A model generated the notes under the pieces. It was given only the letters and a program-made list of their open reading frames with translations, searched no databases and was not told the origin of the DNA. The position numbers and the translations under genes are program-made. Positions 11,285 to 23,561 of a stretch of DNA of 64,000 bases are shown here, piece after piece; position 1 is the stretch's first letter; the number at the start of each line of letters is the position of its first letter. This DNA is from Psammoneis japonica (lineage: Eukaryota): the NCBI GenBank assembly GCA_008632985.1, contig QPGO01000075.1, positions 188,517-252,516 of the forward strand, written 5' to 3'.

Positions 11285-14200
11285 ATGACGTACCGATACT
11301 TATTCTTTTGTTGTGTCCTGCTGTTGCCTGTGAATGTTCGTCAGGCAACCAGTCGGCCTGCTGACTTTGGATTAACTTCACCGCAAACAAAAGACTCCCA
11401 CAAGTCTTAATTTTGGATGTCGACAATACTCTGTATTGCGAAAAAGAAATCAAAACCCGTGCTGGACGAGGAATTGAAGAGCAAATTGTAAACAACATCC
11501 ACTCCTTTTGTCAACGACAACTCAACATGTCGCCGCAACAAGCTGACCAACTGCATTACGAATATGGGTCTACCATTGAAGGCATTCGACACGTGCTACT
11601 CGAAAACAAACGGGCTACGCCGCAGCAAGTATATCAGTTGCTGGACGACTTTTATCGCGAAGTTTATCAAGACATTGACGTGTCTCCTCTACTCGTCGAC
11701 ACGTCGTTATCCGACACTAAAAAGGATGATACGGGATATAGCCACGTTGCGCAAAATCAAGTCTTGGCCAATTTATTGCGCTCGGCTCCATGTCCCATTT
11801 ATCTAGCATCCAACTCGCCAAGTTGGCACGTGGCACGAGTGTTGCGGGCGTTGGGATTGGCAGATGTGGCCTTTGCCGGTTGGCTCACGCCCGACACGAT
11901 GAACAACAGGATGCTTCAACTCCCTATCCCACAAAGGTGCTTTCCAACGTCTTTTATCATCATTGTTGCAAAAACACAAAATTTGATTCTCTTGGATGAT
12001 TCCAAAGTAAATATCGAGCGTGCTGAACGGGATGCTGGAATCAAGGCATTTTCGTGTCGCACAACCATATTTCATTACACAGGCCTTGAGCATGGCATTG
12101 GGGCATTTAAACCAGAATACGACTTTTCAGAGATACGATACTTGGCTGCCAAAAATCTGGTGGATGCCCGTTCCATGCACGCCCCAACGTGGAACGAGGT
12201 TGGCAAGCGCTTGGCAGACATTCTCAAGACTACAGGCGATACAACACTTTGCATTGCCGATGTTGGCGCGGGCATTTTGTCCATGCTGGAACTCATTGTA
12301 ATGGGTCATGTGGAAACAAATCCGTCCTTGATTACTCTGTTGAAGCGTCAAGACGCAAACTATCGACAGCTGCACTACTATGCATATGAACCAAATCTTG
12401 GTCTGTTTCGTGGTTGTCACGCAACGCTTACTCGTTTGGGTTTTGTGAGCCAACCCACACAAAATGCTAACGCGGATACAGCACCAAATGCTGGCAGTGA
12501 ATACATTTATCGACATGAAACCATGGATATCACGGTTCATTTGCGAATGAGAGATTTTACGATAGATTCCGTAAAACAGGAGACATCTCCACCACACCTT
12601 ATTGTGGGATGCTGCTTTGCAGACCTCATGGACCCGAACAAGCTGGTCCAGTCAATGCATGATTTTCTTGATACTTGCAAAGGACCAACATCCAACATAC
12701 ACCACGAGGTCTTGGTGTACTTTCCAATTACATTTACCGGGACGACGCAGTTTGTTCCCCCACGGCCATTTGACTACAAAGAGTCAACCACACGGCGGCG
12801 GGGCGGATCCATTCCGTCGGATACGGCTGCCTTTACCATGTACGCACATGCTCTCCAACACAAGTATGGACACAATTTGAATCCCGACGCGTTGATTTCC
12901 GCAATGCAAAGCCATGGCAATCATCTCTTGGCGCGCGGTGCCTCGGATTGGGAGATTGACCCGATTCACAACTCGTACTTTTGGAATACAATGATGTACT
13001 TTTTCGGCACAGTTGCAGCACCCGAATTGGCAACCCATGGATGGGACGCAGCGGGCTGGGTCAATCGTGCCAGAGATACTCCAGCAGCTATCAGAGTGTC
13101 CAATGTGGACTTGCTCTTTGGTTTGAAGCCTTGGAAAGGCTCGTCGTGGGAAGCAACTATGGAGAGTGATGCGCCAACGTTGCACAATGAGGGATTCCTC
13201 AACATTCGAGAAATTCAATTTGTAGCTCCTTATCAAGTTACGACGAGAACCAAAACCGTAGATACACGGCATGCAGCGCACTTGGGACCGAACCAAGTGG
13301 AAGGTGAGCCGACTTTTCTTCCTTTACAATGCGTAAAAGTATTCTCTTCCCTCATGTTGCCGCTTACACTTTGTTTAAAGTCACGTCGGTTTGCTCGCTT
13401 ATCAGTTCTGGAACAGAGCTAAAGATATTCAAGGGTCTTTTTGATGATGCCGCTTTGGATGTCAACATCAAAGGCATGGATAAGGAGCGCATGGCGTATC
13501 CGCTTACCTATGGCTACAGTCTTGTCGGGCGAGTTACTCGTTGTGGAACAGACGTAAAGGACGCAGAAAGGTTGTTGGACAAGCTCGTCTTTTGTTTTTC
13601 TCCGCATGCGTCGCATACCATTGTAGACCGGGACAGCCTGCACGTGGTTCCGGATGGAATTGATGCACGGGATGCAATATTCATGCCGTCCGTCGAAACG
13701 GCATTGTCGCTTGTACATGATGCACACGTTCGTGTCGGCGAAAACGTGGCTGTCTTTGGACAAGGTCTTATCGGTCTACTCGTGACTTGTATCCTGAGCA
13801 AGCAGACTATCTCTGCTGCCTTTTGTAGTTCTTGCTTTGGGAGGTTCGGGACTACTACCGTGTTCGATACAATACCGGCACGACTAGCTGCTGCGAGTGT
13901 TATGGGCGCATCGGAAGCTCTAATGGCACAGGATGTAGATAAGGCAGGTCCGTTTGACGTGACCATTGAGGTGAGTGGTAACTCACGGGCACTACAGTCT
14001 GCAATCGATCACACTTCATCGGGAGGAAGAGTAATTGTCGGCTCTTGGTACGGAAATGCCGATGTTCGCTTGAAACTGGGAATCGACTTTCACAGAAGCC
14101 ACAAAACCATCATTACGTCCCAGGTTAGTGAACTTCGCGCAGAGTTGATGGGTCTATGGACAAAGCAACGACGCTTCAGCCTTGCTTGGGAACTAGTGAG

Positions 14201-14327
14201 GCAGATTCGCCCGTCACGGCTCGTCACGAAAACAGTGACACTTGACAATGTCCAAGAAGCATATGAGCTGTTGGAGAGAGGCTCAGAGATTGCGGTATGT
14301 TTTGACTACACTAGTCGATATTCGTAA
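11285..14327 (+). CDS. Fusion of HAD pyrimidine-5'-nucleotidase-like, SAM methyltransferase-like and MDR alcohol-dehydrogenase-like domains; intron 13304-13380; apparent frameshifts in the 5' part
   Basis: HAD motifs DVDNTLY, YGSTIEG, LLDDS; methyltransferase-like DVGAG; MDR motifs ISSGTE, YGYS.VG, GQGLIG, IEVSG, GSWYG. The GT-AG intron joins ORF 11413 to ORF 13329 in frame. The 5' end is uncertain. Confidence 0.75.
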
Positions 14328-14365
14328 TCGATCCGCTACCTTAGACTTTAGTGAAGGATTTTTTT

Positions 14366-17300
14366 CTAGTTGAACACTCGTCGGCGGTAGAAAAGAACAT
14401 ATGCAGCCGGAGAAACAACACCAAGACCGTCATTTCCGCCCCTCCCGTCTCCAACGCTCCTGACGCTGGAATCATCAAACAATGCCCAATCTTGGGACAT
14501 TCCCTCTTCATTCCATTTACGAGCAAAGGCTGTGTAATGCCCAAAGCCCAATCTACCATAGTGGTTTGTGACAGCAAACAAGTCATAAATTGCCGGGACA
14601 CCATCTTCCACGACGAAAACCGGCGACTGTTGATCGCCCGCATCATTGTTGGTCTCCGACTTTGCTCCATTTACCACTGACGCAGACGCGCAGTGCTTGC
14701 TCATGTCTAACCCGTCCAAAGGAAAGTCGACAAGTGTATCTAGCTTGTCTCGCCTCAGTGCGTGTTTGAATTCAAACCGCTTCAGGTGCACTACCAATAT
14801 GTTTGGTAACCTCCAGAGTTGCATCGTTTTCATGGCCCGCACGTGTTCCTTGCACCGTGAGCAATACCACTTGTTGTGTTCGTCTAGCCGTTCAGGTCTC
14901 GTAAATGTGTCAAAACACTGCTCAATAGTGACTCCCTTGAAACCATTCATCATCGCCCGTTGCTTCTGTAGTCCTTGAAGAAGACTTGGGTGGTCCACAA
15001 AAGACAAGAAACGATCTGTACTGTAGAAGGAAGGAACGTGACGATAAGGCTCTTCGCCATCGTCTTGTGTCAAAGTCGGGTCGCGCCACTCAAGATGCAC
15101 AAAAAGAAACCGATCCGTACAGTCCCTTCCAAGAAACTTGGTTAGTTTCTCATTCGAGTTTCGAGGGAGGATAGATGCGGCATCCACCACGCCCATGGTC
15201 TCCATGTTGGATAAGTCGTCGTCCAAGAAGACGGGACGAGGAATTCCAGCATTATCAACGATTCGAATTTTCAAAAGACTTTGCAAATACGCCTCGTATT
15301 GGATTTCTTCAGCTTGGCCCTCACCGTTTTGGACGCGATCCTCATCATCCCCAATCAAAAGTCGAACTTGATTCCACAAGCTATCCCAAACCTGCTTACA
15401 AGAAAGGTCCGCATCGAATGACGCTACAAACGGAAATCCAAACAATCCTCTGGTATCTTCAACTTCGTCGTCATCCAACTCGTCGTCAATCGTTGGCGGA
15501 GCTTTCAATGCGCTACAAGTGTTGGATGCAATAGTGTGGATAGATGTATTTGTGTAAGGATCAACTTCGTACGCTGTAAGGACGTCCGTTGCCTTGACCG
15601 TGGAAAGCGGTTTGCCATCCTGCAGAATTTCATACACAGCGTGCTCATAGATGTCACAGATTATGAAATGCGTAACGGGGATCCGGCAAAGCTCCGACAA
15701 GGCTCGTTTCAAATCACCCACAAACTCATTGCGCCGAACTGTAACACCGTATCGAGTTGGTATTTTGTTCATGGACGCTCCGCCAGCCGAAGGAACCACC
15801 AATACTGGTATCGTTCGTGTCGAGGTGTGAAACTGCGGTATTTCCAAACTGACATGATTGAAGGCGTCAAAGGAGACAGAAACGCGGTTGCAGTGTGGAC
15901 AGACGCAGGTGCTTTTGAACTGCCCGTAAAAAGTGTCCATTACAAGGCTATCGTTGCGAAGTCTGTGTGCATCCCAAGCTTCCGCGCCGGCAATAGCCAT
16001 GCACGGACCAACCGTGGGCATTTCCACGTAAGGAGCCTTGCGGATTCGATTCAAATCTTCGTGCAAGCCATCCAACAGATACGCCAAGAACTCCTGCGCA
16101 TCATGCTGCGAACAGCCCGCAAAACGAGGAGCAAACATGGCAATCGCACGCTTGAGAACAGTAGGGCTTGTACTAGAATGACCTCCTTTAGCCTGAGCCA
16201 TCCAAATATCCTTCATGACAACGTTGTAGGCATGAGCCAACTTGCCGCCAGTACCAAGGGGATTGGTTGCGTTGAGGTCAGCTTTGAATCCATTCGATAG
16301 AAAGTGTCTCGTCAGAGGGGTAGCGTGGCTCAGACATTGAAGCGCCGAGTTCATAAAGCACGTATTGCCCAAATTGTTTAGTCCCACTCTACCCAAGTTT
16401 TCACTCTCAAGCTCGTGAACTTCCATTGCAATCTGCTGCTGTTCTTTTGAAATGGTTTTGCAAGCAAATTTATGATATGGCCAATGACTCTCCTGGCAAG
16501 AACGGTCGCAATAATGTGCTGCAAGGCACCGAGTACACCGCGACTGGACATTGGGCTTGTGACAAGCGCAACAAATGTATCCTCCGAGCCGTCCTGGTGA
16601 CGGTCGTGTATGCTCTGGGTAAAGCTTAAGCACCGCCTTTGGTGGATCCATTACTACTTTGACTCGTCGACAAATACTGGGCGTGATCTCCCCATACCAG
16701 ACGCGGAGTGCAAAATATATTTCCCTCGGCAACAACTCATAGTGATAACCGCGGACCAAGTTCGGCAACAGCAACAAAGAACATCCGTCCTTGTCTTCTC
16801 GTTTCTGTTGTTGTAGGTGTGGATTCCATTGTAGATAATAGTCATGCAGAGGACTTGTCGTAGCTGTTTGAGGCGGTGAAACAAGCAAACAAGAATTATC
16901 AATCACGTCCGGTGGTCCAGATGTAGCCTGGGTCACTAATTCATCATCATCGCTATCGTCCGAATCGCTACTCGAAGTTGGCGAAGTTGATCTTGCTTTC
17001 TTCTTCTTCTCCATGATTGGTATAGAGGATCCTGGCGGTAACAATTTGAGAATCTCGATTTGTCGCTTTTCGATTGTAGTGGAGTTTTGCATGTAAAAGA
17101 AATCAGTGTAATGGCACCAGGCCATCCACCAAGACCAATTCAACAAAAAGAACGCTTCTCCGTCCAAAGGCATACCACGAGCTCCGTTCTTTTTCTTTTC
17201 TTGTATCTGTCGTGCCATAAAGAGTCGAAAAACATCTTTTCGTTGCTGTTGCGGGGGTGGCGGGCCACTGGTCCTATCCTGAGGAGGAGGTTCAGTTGCT

Positions 17301-18035
17301 TCTGTCTCTGTCTGCTTCTGTAGCTTCTCTTTGGTATTTTTCATTCGCTGCAAAGCCTCGCTCGCGGCCTTCATCATTTTTTGTTCAGCAGGGTTAGGCT
17401 TGGACGGAAAGAGCGATAAACATTGCTCCACATCGGAAACAGCTTGATCCAGGGCATTTTGATCATCTGCATGGCTGCTTAGTCCCTCTCTCGCAAGTCC
17501 TCGGCGATACCAAACTAGCAAAGACAAACGCGGAAAGGTAGCAAAAGTCCATAATGAGCAGAACAGAATCCGTGAAGCCCCACTACCGTTGACCTATCTT
17601 TAACGCACCTTTTGTATTGGTAGAGTCTAGTTGAATGGCCTTAGTACACTCCTCCTGAGCGTCAGAGTAGGCTTCAGATTTCAGAAGCACCATTGCACGA
17701 TTCGCGCGTAGCGCCACCTCTAGATCTATTGATTCCTGTCCGTTATCTGGTAGCCCTTCGAGATAATCCAGTCCCTCCTTATAGATTCGAGCAGCCTTCA
17801 CGTATTCTCTAGCAGCAAACAGAGAATTCCCTTGCGTTTTCAGTTGCACAGCCTGCTCAAACGAGGCGGAAGGACTGACTTTGTTGCTCTGTTCCTTTTC
17901 GTGAAGAGGAGCTGAATACCCGCTCTCTCCGTTTGGTGCATGACTACCTTCTACTCTATGAGGATCATCTGTCGTTGTGCCCTCCATAGTTGGTGTTGAA
18001 TCGTCACCGTTCTCGGACAACGGAGCAGCCGCCAT
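14366..18035 (-). CDS. Ubiquitin-specific protease (USP4/11/15-like) with TPR, DUSP-like and MYND zinc-finger regions; intron 17515-17608
   Basis: Cys box GLNNLGNTCFMNS, QHDAQEF, His box NHYG...GHYTA; MYND C..C...C..C....YC...CQ..HW..HK..C. Splicing gives TPR NTKVWYRRG. Confidence 0.93.
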
Positions 18036-18251
18036 GGTCAAAAGATGCTGTCTTGCTTCGTGCTTTGCTATGGAGTCCGCCCGACGCCCGACGTCCAACC
18101 AATCGAAATATGTCTGGTCATTGTGCGTAGAAGCTAACAGGAAACATATACGGCGCGATTTCATATGCGCGTCTCAGATTTGGCGGGAAGAGCGTCAGTC
18201 CAGCTGTCCGTCAAAGTTACACGTCATCATCGATCCAGATCTCTGTTCTCA

Positions 18252-19273
18252 CAGAAAACGTATCCGCGGTATGGTAAGTGCGGTCATAACGGCGGTATGG
18301 AAATCTGATTGGATAAACGACGTCAGCTAAGAACCTTGTTGTTCACAATAAGTAATGATGACATCATCCTTACCCCACCATCCGCCCCGCCGCCCGGCCC
18401 GCCGCGGCGATTTGCTGCGCCCCAACTTCAAAAGAAACATTCACAAGTCCCCAAGTAGAGACTCAGCAAGACAACACATCATGATACACAAACAGCACGA
18501 ACCGCCCATGACAGCGGAAACTTTCGGACTGGTGAGCATAAAAATAACACCATTAGAACCGCAGCCTTTTTGTTAGTACGTGTGTGTTGTTTCTCTTTTT
18601 GTTCAATGCAAGTGCGACCCTCTTATGGGACAATTTCAGCAACTTTCAAGTAGAAAGTTTTGCACCGTCCTTCTCGGGCCATTTAGTCTACCTACTCTAA
18701 AATCATTTAACTTACAAATAACAACGTTCAATCCGTCATATCTAAATTACTCTGTACGGTAGTTTCTGTGTCATAGAGATCTAGTTTAGGGACCTTATGC
18801 ATGGCTTTCTGCGATGCATGAAAAGACCTGAAAATTCTTGCAATACAACAGGTCCATTTTGGAAAGAAGTACGCAAAGCGTTACCATTTCCTTCTCTACA
18901 CATATCATAACTACTTCATATTATCGATTGATCCTACTTCTATAGTCATAAAGTCGAGAGAAGTTGTCCAAAACAACCACACACCGCCATGGCGACTTGC
19001 ACAAAAAACCACATCTCATTCCACGTACAATTCTACGTGCGGCTTCAGTACTTGACGTGATGCGTCTGATGCGAGTGCTACGTGCGCGTAGGGCCATCCG
19101 CCGGTACGTACTCGTACCTACATATCGGTAGATACTGGCAGGTGCTTGGGGGCAATAATGATGTCAACATTACTTATTGTGAAGAATAAAGTTCATAGCT
19201 GACGTCGTTTGTCCAATCAGATTTCCATACCGCCGTTATGACCGCACTTACCATACCGCAGATACGTTTTCTG
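18252..19273. mobile_element. Non-autonomous MITE, Mutator-like
   Basis: Terminal inverted repeats of ~120 bp (CAGAAAACGTATC.GCGGTATGGTAAGTGCGG...); 9-bp target duplication ctgttctca (18243-18251) and cttttctca (19274-19282); no coding capacity. Confidence 0.88.
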
Positions 19274-20320
19274 CTTTTCTCACTTTTTTCTTTAGGCACC
19301 ATGGCAACTGCAAGCGACGATAGCAAGGATGATGAACCGGATCTTCTAACGCCACCACCCAACTCAGATGTTTGCGATCGCCGTCTTAGTCGAGCGGCCC
19401 GATCGATTCTTGAACGACATGCTCTGCCAATATTAAATCATTACATGAGTGACAAAGTCGCTGCATCAGGCGAGACCAAATCCTTGGCTCCCGAGTCGTT
19501 GTGGCAGGCACTGCAAAACACTATTCAAAATCACGACACGTGCGTGCTCAACCCGACCCGAGATGTCTATTTTCTGTCGGAACGGAACGCCTTGTTGCAA
19601 GCTCAAGTGGGAGTACCTCGACAACAACTTCCGTATCGTAGCGTTAATTCCTTGTACGAGTGCGGGATTTGCGGAAAGACATTTTTGACGCGCTACTATC
19701 TGGATTTACACATGGATAGCAAGCACCACGATGAGTCAAGCAACAATAGCATATGTCCAGCCACGTCGTGGTGTCAATTTCTTGGTGGAGATGCGTCTTG
19801 CCGTGTTCAAGCCTTGGAGGACGAGCCTTATTACGGTCGCGGCAGTGGTGGACATGGTGTTGACTCGGCTAAGGTACGACGGGAATGGACCAAACAGCAC
19901 CAGGCACAACAGCATAGATGTCGGCAAGAAGATATGATTCTATCGCAACAACAGTGTCGACAAGTCATGCACCAATGTTTCTCGCACGATTTGGCAACAG
20001 ATCTTGTCCAAGCCCTCTGCGACGGCTTGACTTGCCAAGATGCTCTGCATCGACTCATGGGAGAAGCACACAGACATGTTCATTCATGGAGGCACGAATG
20101 GAATGTGAATCATCGTGTCAATTTCGGTTGGAGTGGCACGTTTGTCATTGCTTTCCTAGTCGTCTATTACTCATTCAGGGCGTTTTCAAAGCTTTACAAA
20201 TCACGCGCCCAAGCCAACACTGCCCACAAGTCATTTGCATCCGGGAAATCTACGCGCAAGAAACAAGAACAACTTAGGTTGAAACTTAAGAAAACCAGAA
20301 GCAAGAGTAAAGTGCAATAA
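19238..20320 (+). CDS. Cys-rich protein with one C2H2 zinc finger and a C-terminal transmembrane helix
   Basis: CGICGKTF....YLDLHMDSKH finger, many further Cys, hydrophobic TFVIAFLVVYYSF. Start is 19238 (inside the MITE TIR) or 19301. Confidence 0.8.
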   Translation: MTALTIPQIRFLLFSLFSLGTMATASDDSKDDEPDLLTPPPNSDVCDRRLSRAARSILERHALPILNHYMSDKVAASGETKSLAPESLWQALQNTIQNHDTCVLNPTRDVYFLSERNALLQAQVGVPRQQLPYRSVNSLYECGICGKTFLTRYYLDLHMDSKHHDESSNNSICPATSWCQFLGGDASCRVQALEDEPYYGRGSGGHGVDSAKVRREWTKQHQAQQHRCRQEDMILSQQQCRQVMHQCFSHDLATDLVQALCDGLTCQDALHRLMGEAHRHVHSWRHEWNVNHRVNFGWSGTFVIAFLVVYYSFRAFSKLYKSRAQANTAHKSFASGKSTRKKQEQLRLKLKKTRSKSKVQ

Positions 20321-20354
20321 AGCCGTCTACTACAACGAGCGATGCAACTATGAT

Positions 20355-22661
20355 CTACCCATCCAAGCTGAATTGTACAGCGCAACTGCCAGCGTCCTCC
20401 TTGGACTGAGTCGAGTGGCTGCTTCGATTTCCATCGGCAAAAGTGTCCGAGTCATTGGCAGCATGGACGTCTTCGTCACCCAGCTTACGCCCTCCTCGAC
20501 GCTTGAATCTTTTGGTGCGCATTCTGCGTAAACCGCGACCTTTCCATGTCTTTTTGGGTTTGTCCGCGTCCTCCAAGTCACGTTCTGAATGTTGAGCCAT
20601 GAGATTTCGTCGGCTTTCTTGAGAAAGCATCGGACCACCCATTTGTTGAGTTTGGTGGGTACGAAAAGACGCTCGGAAGCTAAAGTTCTTGTTCAAGCCT
20701 GGACGCTGCACCAAACGGTTCGTTTTTTCAGTGGCGGAACCACTCTGCCCATCTTGAACAGGCTTGACTCGGTGAAGGTAGACGGAATTGCGTAAATCGG
20801 GAATCTTATAGTATGGCAAGCAAGCCATGGAACTGCCTTCTTCCTTGACTTCTTGAGATGCTCGAGACAGCTCAACGTGCCATGCTGTCGATTCAGCGAC
20901 ATCGACAGAGGTGGCTCTCAACCCTGCCAAATGCAGTACAGCCGGAACGCCTGGTTCGTTTCCGAGTTGCTGTAGAAGCATTTTGATATCATCTTGTAAT
21001 TCTATTGGGGACAAGCTACAATCAAGCATCCTTGATAGACACGACAGTATTTCCAATCGCTCTTGAATTGCTTGGTCAGAATAAAAGCCAGCCCGTCCAT
21101 GATATTCAGTCAATTCCTCGCCAAAAAAGGACATTAGTGCCTGCCCATCGTGATGCAAGGCGCTAGAAGCCTTTTGTGGGTCTACAAGGCCTTTTGCCAT
21201 CGAATTGGAAAAGAAGGAATCGACGTACATTTCCAAGGTCAAATCAAAGCAGGTTTTGAGGCACTTGGCAAAGTAGTATTCTGGAATCCATTCTTCTGCG
21301 TCATCAAAGTAGTCGACGAGGGTGGCGATTGTTCTGGAAACAACGACGGATCCGCTCATATCTTCCTCTTCCCATTGCGAATCGCCAACGCGTGTAAGAA
21401 TGGGCTCTGGCTCCCGCAAGTCTTGAAAGATTCGTTCGCAGAGATACTTGGTGGCGTGCAAGGACAGTTCAATGAATTCTGTACACAAGTCTTGGCCCGC
21501 CTGAATGTGTTGCTCGCCTTTCAGATGTGTCTCATTATGCGATTCACATTGATCTGACAGCTTTGCTGCATCGTTGATGACCGAGCAGAGTCGAACGACA
21601 GCCATTGTTTTCCAACTGGATTCAATATCCAGCATGACGTTTCCAATCATGGCCCTCATCTCCTCGTTGCAAGCCGCGAGCACATGGCTGACACATTTCT
21701 GCGGCAAAACATTCTTGGCAACGGACAGTTGACCATTGATCATGAACTCAATGTCCAACGGCTGATAGGTTGAGAGTTGTCCATTATCGTCGGCTACAAT
21801 ATCTTGCTCCGAAGCCGACGATACGGGCGAAACGATGTTTTTCAGCATTCCTTGCACTGGTTCTCGAACGCCTCGCAGCAGGTATTCCTTCAGGAGTGTT
21901 TCTTGCAGGTTTGTTTGCGTTGAACTGCTGCTGCCATGAGTCATCATCGACAAGACGGGGTACGTCTGCCGCCACCGCTCAGAGCAATAATTCATCCACG
22001 AAATAGCATTTCCCAAGTCACCAGGCTTCATTTCTCGAATACGGTTGTCGCAAGATGGCTTAATGGTTTCCGAGATAATATATTTTGTGTACTCTTGGTG
22101 GGCCATTTGAACCAGAATAAAGAACTCTGGTTGAATCGTGGAGTCGAGCTTGCTGGCTTTCTGCAGTTCATCAAATACATAATTCAAGACGTGGTTTGCG
22201 GCCAAGAGCATAACGCTTGTGTGTGACTTTTCCTGCTCGTCGCGCTCATGTTCTTGCTTCTCAATTGTGGTGTAACTGTCGGTTATCGTCGTCGAGATCT
22301 GGATCTCTACTTTGTTTCGGATGTCCTGAATTTTTGTCTCGTCACCGTCATGTTCAGCCACACCTTTGAGAAGGCATAATGCGTCATCAAATACACTTGG
22401 CTCAACCGGCACTTCTTCTTCCTTTTCAGTGGGTTCAATTCCTTCTTCTGTGGGGTCCAACTCTATGCTCGGCGAAGTCGGCGGATCTTCCTTCTTCAGA
22501 TCGTCTTTGCTCGACTTTTCATCAGTTTTCGAATTGTCTGATGAACCCGGAAACAGAAACATTTTGTTCTGTATCTTCAAAAAGGCCGGGAGGCGCAGAT
22601 TAAGGAAGCTGTCGTCACCATGGAGGGAGAGAGACGGAAGCGGAAATGGACTCTTATTCAT
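20355..22661 (-). CDS. Exocyst component Sec6/EXOC3-like protein
   Basis: Long uninterrupted helical ORF. LCSVIND and TIATLVDYFDD resemble the Sec6 C-terminal region from memory of the family. Start is uncertain. Confidence 0.6.
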   Translation of the reverse strand: MNKSPFPLPSLSLHGDDSFLNLRLPAFLKIQNKMFLFPGSSDNSKTDEKSSKDDLKKEDPPTSPSIELDPTEEGIEPTEKEEEVPVEPSVFDDALCLLKGVAEHDGDETKIQDIRNKVEIQISTTITDSYTTIEKQEHERDEQEKSHTSVMLLAANHVLNYVFDELQKASKLDSTIQPEFFILVQMAHQEYTKYIISETIKPSCDNRIREMKPGDLGNAISWMNYCSERWRQTYPVLSMMTHGSSSSTQTNLQETLLKEYLLRGVREPVQGMLKNIVSPVSSASEQDIVADDNGQLSTYQPLDIEFMINGQLSVAKNVLPQKCVSHVLAACNEEMRAMIGNVMLDIESSWKTMAVVRLCSVINDAAKLSDQCESHNETHLKGEQHIQAGQDLCTEFIELSLHATKYLCERIFQDLREPEPILTRVGDSQWEEEDMSGSVVVSRTIATLVDYFDDAEEWIPEYYFAKCLKTCFDLTLEMYVDSFFSNSMAKGLVDPQKASSALHHDGQALMSFFGEELTEYHGRAGFYSDQAIQERLEILSCLSRMLDCSLSPIELQDDIKMLLQQLGNEPGVPAVLHLAGLRATSVDVAESTAWHVELSRASQEVKEEGSSMACLPYYKIPDLRNSVYLHRVKPVQDGQSGSATEKTNRLVQRPGLNKNFSFRASFRTHQTQQMGGPMLSQESRRNLMAQHSERDLEDADKPKKTWKGRGLRRMRTKRFKRRGGRKLGDEDVHAANDSDTFADGNRSSHSTQSKEDAGSCAVQFSLDG

Positions 22662-23055
22662 GTCAGCGCTTTGTCGACAATTCACTCCGAGTGACGAGGG
22701 CGTTTGTCTCTAGGTGCGGTTGCTTTGATTTCAATAATGATTTCTAGCTGACGCTTCCGACCACTGGGTCACGTCTCTGTGATATAGGGCCCTATGTTCA
22801 TCAATTGATCCTCTCGCTTTTCGGCGTATTGTGTTTCTATTTTGTCACTGTGTTTGGGAGGTTTTACACTTCAAAATGTGACGCTGGTTTCACTACCCGG
22901 CCGCAGTATTACGGACGCAAAATAGCTAGGGTATGTAAATATCCATACATGAAGACAATGAGTACGAGTACAAGAACATTTATGACAGCACGGCAGCTCA
23001 TTTTTGATTCCAGATATCTCCCCCCTTTTTCCACTCTACTGCCGCTGCTTTCACC

Positions 23056-23503
23056 ATGACGGACATCAAGATCAAGTTGCTATTCTTTGCATCGGCAAGA
23101 GAGGCTGTGGGAAACGTTAACTCATCAGATATTTATTTGAAGGCTGACTCCGATACAGCGCGGTTGCGGTGAGTCAGCCTTAAGTATTGATTGGAACTGC
23201 CTGTGTGTTTGTCGCCTCCTTTTGTTTTGCGTTTGCGAAATGCAGGTAGTTTATGTTGTTGGTCTCCCATCTACCACGTTCTATTGTGATCTGATCCGCT
23301 GATACGGTTAATTAATTTCAATGTGACGTGTTATTCATTTCAGAGAATTGCTGGCAGAAAAGTATCCCAAACTCGCATCAATGGTGCTTGACGAAGATAA
23401 AGTGACGTTGGCGCTAAATGAGGAATATCTATCGCCGGGTGAGCCAAAGAAGCTAAAAGATGGCGATACTGTCGCTCTCATTCCGCCTATAAGTGGTGGT
23501 TAA
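23056..23503 (+). CDS. MOCS2A: Molybdopterin synthase sulfur-carrier subunit (MoaD/ThiS fold); intron 23169-23343; absent from the ORF track
   Basis: Spliced product MTDIKIKLLFFASAREAVG...LALNEEY...LKDGDTVALIPPISGG* with the C-terminal GG. Confidence 0.93.
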
Positions 23504-23561
23504 AAATTCTATAGCCCAATTTCAAATTGTACAAGATTTCTTTTGGTCTCGTGTTGTTGTC

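Noticed and set aside
11140..11412. In-frame TGA at 11362-11364 upstream of the HAD domain as a second Sec codon
   Set aside because: No redox-fold context and no SECIS seen; a frameshifted start at 11285 is the simpler explanation.
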